Assembly (NCBI GenBank): GCA_023213395.1
Contig: CM041465.1
Location: 219,115,741 to 219,179,740 of the forward strand
Direction of reading: 5' to 3'
Origin: Cycas panzhihuaensis
Lineage: Eukaryota; Plantae; Cycadophyta
DNA length: 64,000 bases
In this document: piece by piece, positions 24,501 through 38,400 of the stretch
Layout of the letters: each line of letters starts with the position of its first letter
Numbering within the stretch: the stretch's first letter is position 1
Translations under genes and position numbers: made by a program
The notes under the pieces: generated by a model
Told to the model about the DNA's origin: nothing
Seen by the model: the letters and a program-made list of their open reading frames with translations, nothing else
Databases searched by the model: none

Positions 24501-27500
24501 AATACTCTAGCAAGGCCTTGTCATCCTCAAAGCAATCTATCCCATGGATGATCATGCTTCGAGAAGATCAGAGGTGAGGAGTAGAAGGAGTAGTGAGATT
24601 GTAGCGGTCAACCCACCACTCGATGTACTCATATGACTCTTCAGAAGAGTTAGAGGGTGACCTCTTATGATAGGTAACAAGAGGTTCTCTCGTCTCATCA
24701 CTTGCAGAGGGTAATGAAATGGAAGATGAGGTGATATATGAGATCGCATAAGAGGCAGGAGCAAGGACATATGACTCAAGAGGAGGAATGGACTCCTCAA
24801 TGGAAGAGGTTTCAGGTCAGGACCTGAAATGAAGAGAGTGCCCTCTACTCATGTTTAGGAGGGATATGGGATGAGGGAAGTCCTCATCCTTGCTGTCAGA
24901 CTCATTATAGCTAAGCACAGTGACGTACCAGGGGGTGAAACGGATAAGGTTCAAGGAAGGAGGAGAAGGGCCTTCTTCCAGGCAAGGCAAACTAGGAATA
25001 TTGATAGAACAAGTGGAGGCATGGGTGAAAGCGCCCTTATCGCCCTTCACCTGGTCATGCATCCCTTGACAGAGTTGATGGGGCTGCTTGGTGGGAGGAG
25101 GCTCCTAGGAGACAACCCTCATTCACCCCTCATGGATGAATTTAAGTTGTCCCTAACGGGATGAGCACATGGCCCCCATTTAGTCAAGCCATGGGCATCT
25201 CAGTAAGAGGTTGTAGTTGACATCCACATCAAGGACTACGATATCGATGAGGATAGTTTTATCCTCAAGAGCAAGGGGAATAGATATCGATCCTAAAGGT
25301 GTCTTTTCACTACCATTGTAGCCTTAACACCACCATAGGACTGGTTTGATGGCTGAGATGCTAAGCTCTGGCATGATGCGCAAGGGTATGGCATTGACAG
25401 AAGAACCATTGTTTACAATGATCCTTTGAAAGGTGCATTTAGGTGTGTCTATGGTTATGGTGAAGGGGTAGTGCCATTAACATTCCCTTTCACTGCCTGG
25501 GGGGAAATCCTTAGGATCAGAAGAGATGATAGGTTCATGACTCAAGGTGATACCTAAGGCATGGACCAAAGCATCAACTAACCCTAAATTTTTAAGGAGT
25601 AGAGCACGTTTCTCTGGACAGCTTCTCAAGACATCCATCATGGACATCCCCGCAACTATAGTGTGAAGCTTATCAATGATAGAGAAGGGCTTCCCCTTTG
25701 TAGTAGGTTAGGAAAGCACCCTTTAGAAATTGTAATGACCGAGGTGCATGGGAATGGTCTTGGGAAGCATAGGGATTTCTAGAGGAGGGACTTCCATAGG
25801 AGGATCAAGATGAGGAATGGAAGAAGAAGCATCAATTGCTTCTTTGGCTTCTTAGGACTAGGTTAAGGGGAATGACTCTCTTTCCTTTATTTTGGGATCG
25901 AGAGGGGAAAGGAGTTCGATGGCGATTAGGAGAACTAGAAGAAGAGGAAGAGTTCCTCACACCCTTCCCTTTAGCTTGTGAAGGGCAAGGGTTTGGGGAT
26001 CTTCCTCTGTTTTGATTACTCTTTTGTTGAGTGTTATGATTGTGTTCCCCATGTTTGGGAAAAGGATCCTTATGGATGGGTTGGTCTAGGTTGGGCCTAG
26101 ATGCCTATTTAGGGGAAGAGCCACATTGTGGGGTGGCCTTAGGATGTTAGGCTCTATATTGTGAGTCTTCGTAAAAGCATTCCCCGTGAACAAAACACCA
26201 CTTCCTCTCTAAGGAAGAATCTATCTTCCTTGTTTGAGAAAGCTAGGTAATATTGCCCTTGGGAGGTGTGGCTTGAGAAGCTTGATGGATAGGTTTATGG
26301 GAAGCGGGTGATGAAGGGGCTTGGAGTTTAAGCTCCTCCACAATACGTTCGAAAGAATGTATAGCAGAAGTTAGGCGGTCCAAGGTCTTTTCTGTCAGAT
26401 GGGATGAAGACCTAGGAGCTTGTTGGATTTTTGTATCGCGAGATGGAGGAGGTGTCTCACATTATTATGAGGACCTAAGAGGCTTCTTGAGACCCACTTG
26501 GATCTCAATAGCCTTAAGAGCCAAGTACTTGGCTATGGCAAAATCACACGTTATCACCCTCATCTTGAGGACTTCAATGTGGACTTTGGGACGAAGGGCA
26601 TTGACAAAGAGTTCTCTCTTTAACTCCTTAGGCAAGGTTGGCTTTGTAGAGTGGAGAAGATCATAGAAGTGTCTCACAAAGTCATGATTCATCTCATCAT
26701 GTCCTTATTTAAGAGACATGAGAGCCTTCATTCCACTCTCAAAAGGATGAGCTATGTCAAAATAGATGACGAATTCATCCACGAGTTGTTGGAACGAGTG
26801 AATAGCATGTGCTGAAAGGCAATAGAACTATTTAAGGGCATCGCCTTAGAGAGAGTATGGGAAATGTTTCATTAGGATATGGTTGTACATCTAATAATCT
26901 ATGCACACCATGGAAAAACTTCTAACATGCTCTATTAGGTCTTGCGAAAAGGTCCCATCAAATTTGGGCACCTTAGGAGGGTGAGGCAGTAAGTTAGTCC
27001 TTAGTGCCTCAATAGACAAAGGAGTTGATCTATAATCCATGAAGGGGCATGCCCTTCATTGGACCATAAGGTCAAAAAAAGATAGAAGAGGAGGTGGACA
27101 AGGTTGCTTGAAACCTCCTTGGGAGACTTGGTTCAAAAAGGGATATGTACCTCCCCCCATTTGATGGGAGGGAAAAAATCCCACATTCGAAGGAATTGGA
27201 AGAGGAGCGAATGGGTACGAGGGACCCATCCCTCCTTGAGGAAACATCCCTTGTGGAAAGGGGACTTAAAAGGGGACACCTTAGGAGGGGGCTTGCCCTA
27301 CTTGCGAAGGTGCAACATAAGAAGGAGAGTAAGACAATGGGATAGAAGGGTGTAGAATCAGGTTTTGCCCGTATAGACCACCTGTAGGTGGTGCGACCCC
27401 ATACAGATGCAAAGGATCTACTCCATAAATAGGAAGGGGATTTCCTTTACCATGCCCCCATGATTGGGAAGTATATCCTGGGGGCACATAAAGGGGAGGA

Positions 27501-28134
27501 TCCCTAGGCTAAGCTTGGGTATGCATGGGGACGGGTCCCACGCAGCTAAATGTAGGGGCATGCGCAGGTCCCCTAGATCTAACGGGAGGAGGATAGACTA
27601 TAGTCAGTTGGGGTGTAGTTGTTTAGTTAGAGGGAGGCATACTCAATTCAAGTTGGGAAGAGGATATGCCTTGGGTGGTCCTTAAGGAACATGGACCATA
27701 AGAGGAAGAAGATGAAATGAGGGACATCCTTGTTATAGGTAAGGGGGTCAAACAAGATGGACAAGGTAGCATAGATGTAGAAGATGGAAGCACTATGCTT
27801 AACAAGATGTTATCCAACCACTTAGGATGTGATTGGAGGCTGGTGGCTTGGAAACACTAGTTAAGGACTTCCACAACATCCACAGGAGGGGTATCCACCT
27901 GATCATATGAGGTGGAAGGGTCCTCATATGAGGCAGACCCCATGGGGTGATCCTCGTGAGGATCGCCACCAAAGTGGTGGTATTCTAAAGGAGAAGATAC
28001 CTCCACCTTATGAGTGGAGAGGTGGTGGACTTGCGGGTGTTCTTAGTCACTTGAGTAAAAAATAGGGTCCTTGCCCTCTTGGGTGGGCCCTTGGAAGGAA
28101 GTGGATGGTTGATGGGACTCAGATACATTGGCAT
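21536..28134 (-). pseudogene. Element B gag-pol pseudogene (gag ~26465-28134, protease ~25140-25480, RT ~23400-24200, native RNase H ~22950-23255, integrase ~21536-22700)
   Basis: PR RIIVNNGSSVN...NLLLRCPWL; RT KWVSNIV...IRICIDFCDINNACPKDNFPLP...FSGYNQI, MPFGLKNAGTTYQR, IFMDDM; RH LYTSATDES...NYSTTEKECL; INT CRGHFGG*SMAQRILCMGYYW, QWGLNLI, ending KAVNGKFLKKFYV. The start codon is approximate. Confidence 0.93.
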
Positions 28135-28401
28135 GATATGCCCAATCTGAATGAAATCCTTCCATGGTCAAGTTGGAATCTAATAATGGAAGAGGATAGT
28201 AAGAGGACTCTTCTAATGAAGGAGGAAGGCCTCATAGACGATGAGAAAACCATCACATATAAGTCTCTCCTAAAGGTTGGAAGAAAAGGGGAGAAAGTAA
28301 GGTGATAAGTGTTGGGGGCTACCCAACAAATTGAGGAGAATTACTGAAAAGGGAGGTAGCACCAATAGGTCAGGGAGAAAGGATTAATCCCTTACTGGTG
28401 A

Positions 28402-28420
28402 GTCCCTAGTATGGTCATCA
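28402..28420 (-). promoter_or_regulatory. Element B PBS (TGATGACCATACTAGGGAC; tRNA-Arg-like)
   Basis: Lies 1 bp downstream of the 5' LTR terminal CA on the minus strand; same motif as the element A PBS. Confidence 0.8.
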
Positions 28421-28421
28421 T

Positions 28422-31400
28422 TGGAATCACATGTCTAGGGGGGGTCACTAAACTTGAGTGAGGTCAAGCCAACATTACTAATGGCTTGGGTGACTATGGA
28501 CTTGCAAGGGCAAGGAAAAGAGATCACCCATAAAAGGTGTTTGTACGTTGGAACGCAGGTTCGAGGACCCGCTAATGGTGCACAAACTCCTTTCGGGTAA
28601 CTCCCCCTTGATTTGGAGCAACAAGTGAAAGAGGGATCTCCTTAGTTTCCTGAGTAACCTCAAAAGGGGCCCTCTCATCTTGGATGGCCGAAGGTGGGAG
28701 GGAGAAAATGCAGGAATAGCTCCTCACATGAAGAAGTAACAAAGGAAATGACCCTTAGCAAAAAGGTGATAAACTCACGTGTAAACCTAAGGCAGCTTAC
28801 GATGCGAGTAGACAAGAGAGTGGTTGGTTCCACAAACTAAGTGTCGACCAAAGGATGGGACCTAAGAGGTCTAGCTTATGCAAACAAAAAACAAAAGGAA
28901 ACAACAACCTTGAGAGGAGGTACTCTTAAAGCGCAATACCTAAGGAGGTTCTAGGCATGAAGGGTTGACCAAGGGTATTGTCCTATGTTTATCTTTCTTT
29001 TATTGTGTGATAGAGATAGATAAGGTGGAAATGTAGTGTTTGTGTTTAAAAGAAATGGATTTTAAAAGAAAGAAGGCAATGCACTCTTTCTCTCTCTCTC
29101 TCTCTAGATGTTATACAAGAGGTGTAAAGCTATTTCATTATATGCAATGAGGTGATAAGAGTGTATGTAGATGAGTGCCTAACCTACCTTGCCTAAGTCT
29201 TGGTAGGGGCAAAGGCCTATATGAAAGGGGGCAACATGTGGGGGATATATGTGCCAAAGGAAGGGGCAAGCACCTATTGGTGTGGGCTACCTAGATCCTC
29301 AACTATATGAATTAAAATGGGCAGACATGGAACAATAGGCAAAGTATAAAAAAAATAACACGAATCCTTTCCTTTTCCTTTTATCTAAGGGTATTCAAAA
29401 GGGGGGATAAGGGTAAGAGTAAGAAGGCTAGGGAGAGAGACGTACCCAGAAATGTGATGGCCAGAGTAGCGCTACCCTCACCACTCTTACAATCCTCACC
29501 ATTCTCCTTGTTGCAAATGGCACAATGGAAGGAATGATGACAAAGAGACGAGGCTTCCTTACCTTCCCTAGAAACTAAAGAAAAAGGAGATGCAGAGAAA
29601 GGAAATATAAATATTAGAGAAACTTTACTTTATAATCTTTGAGTGCAAGAAAAAATAACTGTTGAGTGGAAGAGAAGCGTACCTAGGATGAGGTCCTTGC
29701 TTACCCCAAATGTAAGGGAAACCTGCACCAACCAAGCTCACCCTTTCCCAAGGGGCACTAAACACTTGCAGGATAAGTATGCAAAAGGAAGAGTAGTAAA
29801 ATATGTTTAATCTCTACTGAAAGAAATGCATGTAATGTTAATGTTATTCCTTATGTTGCATATATTGTTAAATGTATGATGTGGGAGAAGGGGGGAAGAG
29901 AGAAAGGGAGAACAGTTAGCCTTGGAATGGCTACCCTCCAAATCTGAAGTGCTCCACGTAATCCCCAAGGACTAAGATAAGGGGTAAAGAGGGTAAAACA
30001 ACCAGATAACAAGTGCAAATAAGTTTCCAAAAAAACAAGCAAAAAAATAGTAAGATACGTTGCAAATATTGCCAATGTTGCAAAAGTTACAAAGTGCAAC
30101 TTCTAGAGGTTTTTTACAAGAATTGAATCAAAACATAAGAGGGATATGGAGTGGGGTTGAAACCTCAGTTGTGTAGGATCTTTAGTGCTAGTTGCAAATG
30201 CAGCAATAGGTTGCTTACACTGCTGCCAATAGAGATCTTCTCTTTAAGGGTTCTTTGGGGAACCAAGGAAGGTATGGAGAAGGAGAGGGGAGGAGAGAAG
30301 GGGGTTACCCTTGAGGAGAAGGCATGTTGGGTGTAGGACCCTACCTATGGCTCCTTTCACTCTCTATATAACCCTCTTCCTTGCTGCCTCCTTGAGGAAC
30401 CCAAAGAGAACCAAGAGAGGAGTGTGGGCAGGTGAAGAAAAAGGGAGGGTTTGCCTCCCATTGCAATAGGAAGAAAGCAAGCAACTTACTGCAGAAAGTA
30501 CTAGTAAAAGAGTATCTATGTTGCTCAAAAAATAAGGGAAACCAAAGGACTAATTTGAGAGTACTGGTAAGGGAAGATTTGGAGCAGATCTACTTGCCAA
30601 ACTAGGTGAGGAAGAAGATCCTTTAGGGTTTGCTGGAAGAAATCTTGGTGGTGCAGCAAATAGAGGCAAAACCTTGAGTAGTAAAGGAGGCCTAGAGCTT
30701 GGTGAAGCATTTGAAGCATAATCTTTCCTTAGGTAACCATATTTCAGACATGTAACCTATGTGTCTTGAGCTACAAGAGGTTGGTAGCTAGCTGGGATCT
30801 AGGTGCAACAGAACTTGAGTTTGTTCTAGGGCATTTTTTGGAGAAGAGAGTAGTGGAAAATGAGTTGAGAGAGAGATAAATGAAGAGAATTTTGGGTTTT
30901 TAAACCCAACCTTAGCTCAACGAGCAATTAGGGTTTGCCTTGGGTGAGGATCAAGTTATTACCACGTGGTAATTTTGTAATAAATGTGAAATTAATTGCA
31001 GGCTATTTTAAAAAATGGTTGTTGATAGTCACCCCATGGTAAACTTAGTGGTGTCGTGAAGTTTGTAGTGGTATCATGAAATTTACTATGGTACAGGAAA
31101 AACCAAAGAAAAAAGAGGAGTGGGGGAACTCGGAAGCTCCCACAAAGGGGGGAATCCTAGACCCTAAGGGACATGCTATAATATCTAGGTAGGGAGGAGG
31201 TCATAAGGCCTAGCAGGGCTATAACAACTAGGGAAATGATAGTTAAAGACTCACAAAATAGGACAAAGGATGCACACGACGCGACAATTAGGCTTAGACA
31301 AGGTTCTAAGGGTTTTGTCACACCAATGAGTCATGGTATGGGCTGCGGAAGCCAAAAGGTACTTAGGAATACTGTGGAGATGATGGCAGAGGGTTGTAGA

Positions 31401-31623
31401 GTGCCATGGGATGTGTATCCCAAGATTGTCATAGGCTAGAAGATGCGAGATGTAGTACGATCAAGCAATGAATGCATAGTGAACATGCTATCAATCAATC
31501 ATAATGCAATACAAGTAAAGTGCCTCAATTTATCCTTCCTGGAATTGACAAAAGTAGGGACATAAGTGTACCTAAACTTACTTAAGTCGAGTCACCCATG
31601 TCCATTCCGGTAGTTGGGAAACA
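28422..31623 (-). repeat. Element B 5' LTR
   Basis: TG...CA termini (plus strand TGGAATCACA...GGGAAACA); collinear with 13309-16572. Confidence 0.95.
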
Positions 31624-31809
31624 ACTATATTAAAGAGCCACCTTAGTTATTTTAATTTATAAAAGGGGCTATAGATCTCAGAAAGTCCATGGGTTTTTAT
31701 TCCCCATGAGGGTTTTCCTACAAAAGTGTCATTTAGAATTTCAATGTAGTAATGAAGCTCAAATAAAGACCTCATAGAATAGATTTTCTCAAAATGACCT
31801 TCTACCATT

Positions 31810-31820
31810 AAGGGGGGGAT
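31810..31820 (+). promoter_or_regulatory. Copia-1 polypurine tract (AAGGGGGGGAT)
   Basis: Directly precedes the 3' LTR. Confidence 0.9.
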
Positions 31821-32132
31821 TGAAAGAGGTTAATGTATCAAGGTCATTTGTGTATATTATTCAAGTGACCTTAGGATATATTATTAGCATTATTCTCTTA
31901 ATGAAATACACTTTATGTGTATTTAGATATAATTTTGGGTTCATGTTATTAGGTGGGAAAATCCTAATCCTAATTCTCACCCTTAATAATAAAAGGTGAA
32001 ATCTCAAGGAGGGAGTCATTATTCATTCTCACCTCCAAGCTTTCTCTCATATCTTGTTTCATCTCTTTTTCATTCTCCATTATCATTGTATGCATGCGAC
32101 TGATTTATTTCCCTAGATATATCTTCCCTTCA
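31821..32132 (+). repeat. Copia-1 3' LTR
   Basis: TGAAAGAGGT...CCCTTCA followed by TSD ACTCA. Confidence 0.95.
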
Positions 32133-32137
32133 ACTCA

Positions 32138-32779
32138 GTCATAACTAGTAATAAGTTCTTGATTTAGCACATCTCTTATCAATCAATACTAGCTCAAATT
32201 AGGTTCTCTTATTAGCTTGCATTAGCTTATACAGCTATTGATACTAGCTCTTCAACAACTTACATAATATATGCATTGATCATCTTTGGCCGGTAAAGAT
32301 TGTCACTATATATATATATATAGATATGGTCTTTAACATCCTACTTCAATCCACTTCATCTTGCTTAACTTCATGTAGGGTCTCATACTATGTTATAAAT
32401 CCAAGGGATATAACCTCTTTATGAACTAACATATCTATTAAAACTAGTCATTCATGAAGTATTAAAAGGATAGGAGTTTAATTGAAGAAATCATTATGGT
32501 GGATATTCTCTTTTGGTGCTTTAGTTGTTTAGAGATAACCACTAGTAATAGTGATTTCCTAAAGGAGTCCTCACCTTGAAGAGGATTATCTTTTATACTA
32601 TTGATTACTTTTTATATTATTTACTATTATTTAATATTATTATCAGATAATTTATATAATATCTTATGTGAAAATGTTATAAAATCTCATTAGGTTCGTA
32701 ATAAGCGGTATTATAGCCAAAACCTAGGTTTAAATCCATTTACGAGTAACATCATTTATGGGGGTACTAGGGTGATACA
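32138..32779 (-). repeat. Continuation of the sequence interrupted by Copia-1; probable outer end of an LTR
   Basis: Joined to the 6311 side by the TSD. Ends GGGTGATACA, which reads TGTATCACCC on the minus strand, a typical Gypsy LTR start. Confidence 0.4.
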
Positions 32780-35700
32780 TATGAATATTACTTATCCACA
32801 TGAACATCATTATAACTAAGGCCCTTAGGATGCCTAAACATTGATGAAAGTGGGGCTAAGTAGGGCTAGCCCATTTAACCTATAAGAAAGGTCATGGTCT
32901 ACTTAGTGGGGTGGTTCTATATCTTAGGACTAACCACCTATTAGACCTATATGAAAGGAAGCTAATGGTGATATATGTCAAGAGTGGACCTTTTAACTAA
33001 CCTTTATGAAAAGGTATCTTTACTTATATGCTTAAATAAAAATAATTAAATTAAACTACTTGACACATGCATAATAATATTAAATTGAAATTCAATCAAG
33101 TATAAGCACTTAAATCAATCAAACAAGTCAAGCAAAAGCCTCAACTTTTAGGAGATAAATAGAAACATTTCAATAGGTGGAAGGAACACTGGGGATCCTT
33201 AACCCAAAGTAAATATCATAGGCTTCCTTAATTTCTACCCAAAAGGCCATCCTATAGATGAAACTCTAACCTAGACCTCTATTTCCATCCAAAAAGGAGT
33301 AATCTGCATCATACTAACTATATATTGAGAGGATAATGGGTGTGGAGATCTAAGAGAGCGTTGGTGTTAAATTAGTGACCCTATTAAGGGTTAATTATTA
33401 GGGACTACCTCACCTAGTGATGATCCATCCATGAGGATGAACAATGTGAGGATTTTCATGTCTAATTCTACTAAGTTCTCATATTTAGAGGTGAAGTTAG
33501 AAAAAAGAAACCACTCTCAACCTAAAAGATAATGGAAATCCACCTTTTTTAGCATTCAAAACATGGCTAAAAAATAAAATCTCAAGGAAGGAGTAGTTTA
33601 TACATTAGGGATGTGAAGTCCTGGTCAATCAAAAGACTCATAATGGTGAGAAGTATTTGTCCCTAGGAGAGGACATGCTTGTATACTAAGGATGTCAAAT
33701 CTTGAGTGATTAAGAAATTCCTAAGTAAAGGGATGAAGTTTCTCCTGGTAGAGCCAAACAAGAGCAATCCACACCTATATTCAAGTCTAGTAAGCAACTT
33801 AAGATTGAATGCAAACAATAATTATGCATCCAACATAAATCAAACCATGTGTTGGTGGATGCAATTCCTCTCCTTTCTTTTGTTTGTCTTCACTAAATGG
33901 ATTATAAATAAAAAAGGATTCTAAGTTTTTTCATTGTACTTATAGTTATCCAAATTGCTATGATTTCACCCCTTTTCAATCTTTTTATGACCTACTTACT
34001 AGAAAGTGAAAGAATATGATAATCTAAGAAACATATAATTATAACTATAAATTCCAAACCAAACATCACTTCCTATGTTTTCATTCTTATGAGTAAACAA
34101 GGAAGAGTGATCAATTAATAATTCAATAAGTCATGCAAGTGAAAGTTCATTTCCTTTCTTTTCCCCCTTTTTTATTTGTGTAATCTTAAAGGCAAAAAGA
34201 AATGTTATAAAAGGTGAGGATAAAGTAAGTACCTTGTAATGGAGTTATGAATCAATAGCTTCACCCTTTTTTGATTACCACCACTTTGGAATTAAGCTAA
34301 TTGATCAAATAAGCAATATCATTTGATATTTAAACTATCATATTTAAAAGAAAAAATTGAAAGCAACTTTAGAAATGCATCAAAATTATGATAACATTTC
34401 TACTATATATGAGAAATTTTAATAGTAAATGAATGCTATGAGTTGTCCAAAACTCTTTGGAAAAGAGTAAGGGCACTCAACTAATAAAAAGTCACTTTCC
34501 TTACGAATTATCTCTTCATAAAAATGGCTTAGTTTATTTAACCCTTTATTGGGTCCAACTTCTTTGTAAGTTATGAATAGGAATAAGAAAAGAGATAAAA
34601 AAGTAATTTGACTTGATGGTAGTTAATATTATAGATTGAAATTAGCTCAATCCCTCAAAATTACCCCCTTTAGTGCTTCCAATAATGTGAGAATAATATG
34701 GAGATCAAAATTGGCTTGATCCCGAAGTCATATCACTCAAGGAGCAAAAGATAACAAATAAACCTTGATAGAAAACAATAGAAGTTGTAATGGAAACTCT
34801 CTTTTTAAAATAATTTTCTAAATGAGCTAAAGCAAACTACTTTAATTGATAAAATAAACATTAAACAACAACAAAAGATACTCCAAACATAATAAAAATG
34901 AGTGTAATGTGCCTTAGATCAATGCTATGTTCTTATCTAATGTGTTACAAAAAGAGCGCTAAGCACCATGAGAATGAGAAGCTTGATAGCAGTAGGTATT
35001 ACGTAAGAGAAGATAGTGCCCAAAGAACTAATGGAAACTAAGAGAAGAGGACTTAGCAAGTAGGTGGATGGGTGAATTTGAGAACTAAAAATAATTGATC
35101 CAAAGAAAGACTCCCAATCTTCCTCGTAGACTTCATAAACTTCTAAGAAGATGACTTCTAATTCACTTTAAATAGTAATAAGTCACTAGTAAGGGGTGTT
35201 GGCAAAATTTTAGTAGCACTTTATTGTACCAAAAGCTCTCTCCATCCCTTTGAAATTGCATAAGGATTTATATGAAAAAATAAGGAGGAAGATGAATGAG
35301 AAAACCATGGTTTTTGCCCATAGTTTAGTTGACTTTTCTTAATCAAACCTTGTATGGAAGAAAGTAAGATAATCATGGATTAGTCAAGGCTAGTGGGGTG
35401 AAGCCAAGCTATGAAACTGAGTAGAAATTAGATCAAATTAGGTGAAAATTTTAGGTTCTTTTTCTTAATTTATAGGCATGAAAGTAAAAAATATGATAAA
35501 CAACTAAAAATGTGATAATACAACTAAAACATAAAATGTGAAAGGTTGTCATAGTTTATTTATAATATTGTGTTTTTCATGTTGGTGAAAATGTGACAAT
35601 GCAGAAAGGCCAAAAAAGATAGAAACAAACAATAGAAATCAACAAAACAAACTTTTTGGGCCCTCTAAAAGTAATAATGACTTAAATGAAGATTAAATTA

Positions 35701-37309
35701 TAAAGAGGGAATATCAAAAATTGGTAGAAAATAAGATTAAAAATTGATTGTAATGCTTGATAGTATTGAAAAATAAATGATCAAGAAGGGAAGACTTGGA
35801 GTAGTTTTACAAAACATGTTAGACAAAAACATATATTTACATCATAATATCAATCATCAATAAATAAAGATCATCATAATCACATACATTCAATTATTTA
35901 ATTAGAAATCCTTCAACTCTTATAACTTGAAACAAAGTGATGAATGCATAATCACATTTTAACTAAAGCTTTTTAAATCAAATAATCAACCAAAGTAGAT
36001 TTGAGAACTAAATTATTAACCAAATAACATCCATTGAATAAACATAAACAGTAACTAGTAAATAGCTTAAGCCAACAAATCAAGATATGAACACGCCAAA
36101 AGGATCAGTTGCAATGAAATGTTTGCACCTTTATTACTAAAGGCTCTTGTTAATGGAAGAAAGTAAGATGATAAATGGCGATAACCTAGCTTACAAGACT
36201 AATGAAGTTCAAACTTAAATGTATTGAGTTCATTTCCTAAGCTATAAGTAAAGTCTAAATTAGATAACGAGTCTTTAGAATGTGAAAGTGATGAAGAAAG
36301 TTCTAACATAATAGAATAGGGGTGGATTAAGATAGTCCTTTATGTGGTCACATTTTGAAGTGATGCTAAATTATTCATCATGTTAATGGGCTTCTAGAGA
36401 TATGGTTGCCATAGATTAGCCTCTTTAGCAACTATTTTTAGAGGTGTGGCTTCTTCCATAGTTTAACCTCATTAGTAGTGCTTCAAAGGATTTTGAAATT
36501 GAAGGAGGCTTAGGTGCCAGAAAAGATGCAAAATTCAGAATATAGATGAGAAATAGACTATATGGAGTATAAACATGGATAGGTTAAGGGCAATCCATCT
36601 TTGGGCCTAATTTCACGTCTATCTCAACATAATTACCCTATTAATGGAGGGCAAAAGAATGAAAAACGGCATTACAAATTGTAATGAAAAGATCAAGAAG
36701 ATGCTAGAATATGTAAGTTAAATTATATATGTGATGAGAACACTTAAGAAATGACATTATAGGGGACCTAGTTGTCATCAAGGGAGGGCCATTTTATAAG
36801 AAGAACAAGTTCTAGTACTATGCATTTTCATGTGCAAGAGTTGGAATTTAGAGTTATTTTTCACCATTGATATCACAATTACAGAGATTTGAAGAGACAT
36901 TTTGATGAGAAAAGGTCACCATCAGACTCAGAAAGTTAGGATGCATCAAGGTTATAGTATCTAGTAAGTCTTTTATTGATGTTTTTAAAATTTTTCTTAA
37001 TTTTATTACAAAAGTTTGTAAAAGTTACTAAAAACATAAACTACCTACTAAAAATGTAAGCCACTAGTCAAGAAAGCAAAAATAAAAAATAGTTCATTTG
37101 TAAAATCATGTTTTAGGTTGGTTTGTTGTATTTTTAATTGGTTTTTCATTTTTTTGGCTATATTATCATATTTTTTATTGTATTGCTACATTTTTAGTTA
37201 AATGAAAAAAAAGTGAAAACGAAAGCAGTTTGTTTGACTTTGGATTTTTCACTTCCTAAGACTGATTGCATGTTACAACTTATGTTAGATAACCCATTGA
37301 GAGAATAAA

Positions 37310-38400
37310 CACATGGGAGAATGATGGGCCATTAATCCATTTCTTAGAGCATTACTAACTACTAAGTGTAATTTTTTAAGGTGGTGCAGGTTGGTTAAGG
37401 CTAACTGCTCCATTTAGCTAGTCATAGAGTATGAGTCACTTGAAGATTTTATTAATCTATGGGTCTATAAAGAGTGGATATTCAGAGTATAAGAGATAGG
37501 TGACATTAGGATCACTACCAGGGATTTTGAGAGGATTTGTAATTGAGTTGGTGAGGTGTAGAGATCTATTTGAGCTGTGTAGTCAAGGATGAGGCTCAGT
37601 TAGCCTATAGTACATATTTGACCAAGTTATCAAGATATTTTGGAGTTCATAGGATCTCTCTAAAGGTAGTGATGGAGATAGATTAAATTCTAGCACTTCA
37701 AAAAGTATTGGCTTATTTTTTGTGTTGTTAGGATATAGACTTTCATAGGTGTGTTAGCTCATTAGATGAGCATTATCAAATGATGTGTGGTAGGAACCCA
37801 AATGGATTGAGAAGATTTTATAGTTGATATCATTACTCAGTGGTTATCTTGTATCCATCAGCAAGGATACAGAGGGTTCTCTTATATCTTCATATTAATG
37901 TGTTAACTATATGACTATATTCCATTAATAAGACCAATAAGATAACTAGGAGGATTAAGTATCGTGGACCCAATGATGAATAGATGGCCTATATAATCAT
38001 GAGCCTATGGTAGATGAGAGGTAATAATGAGGAGTACATAGAGTCCTCATCTTAGTATGATGATAAGGAACTAGTTGGTTCCTTACCTATATGATAAGAT
38101 GATGGTGTGGTCCAATGATAAGGGTAGCATGGGTAGCATATGGCATGGCAACATAGGGTGGTCATGGAATAAGTGACATTACATTAGCACAGAGAGTGAT
38201 CCCTCCTAGATAAATAGGAGATGGTAATGGAGGAGGTGATGAACTATTATCTAAATAAGCAAAGGCACTAATAGTGGTAGCAAGAGTTGACCCTCTCAAT
38301 GATGATATGGAGATAAACCCAAAGGGAAGTCTAAAGGCCATAGTAGACAAGTAGGGAGTAATAAGGTTTCTTGAGTTAGGAGTTGTTATAACAACATTGC
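37310..38400 (+). pseudogene. PMD-like ORF remnant, segment C1
   Basis: LEDFINLWVYKEWIFRV*EIGDIRITTRDFERI aligns with the element B PMD core (DIVTHW...FHLPQVGDVTSMPRDIKRI). Boundaries are approximate. Confidence 0.55.

Larger units (their letters stand above)
13309..31623 (-). mobile_element. Full-length Ty3/Gypsy Tat-lineage retrotransposon B (18.3 kb) with downstream archaeal-type RNase H and antisense PMD ORF
   Basis: Paired ~3.2-kb LTRs, PBS at 28402-28420, PPT at 16573-16584, gag-PR-RT-RH-INT order, no chromodomain. Degenerate TSD GCTAC (13304-13308) / ACTAT (31624-31628), differing by two transitions. Confidence 0.95.
6312..32132 (+). mobile_element. Ty1/Copia LTR retrotransposon (Copia-1), full length, decayed, interrupted by Tat element B
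   Basis: Paired 311/312-bp LTRs, perfect 5-bp TSD ACTCA (6307-6311 and 32133-32137), PBS, PPT and domain order gag-PR-INT-RT-RH. Confidence 0.95.

Noticed and set aside
35900-36673. dUTPase-like identity for the orphan ORF (TFILAPGSAL in the C2 copy)
   Set aside because: None of the conserved dUTPase motifs could be found.
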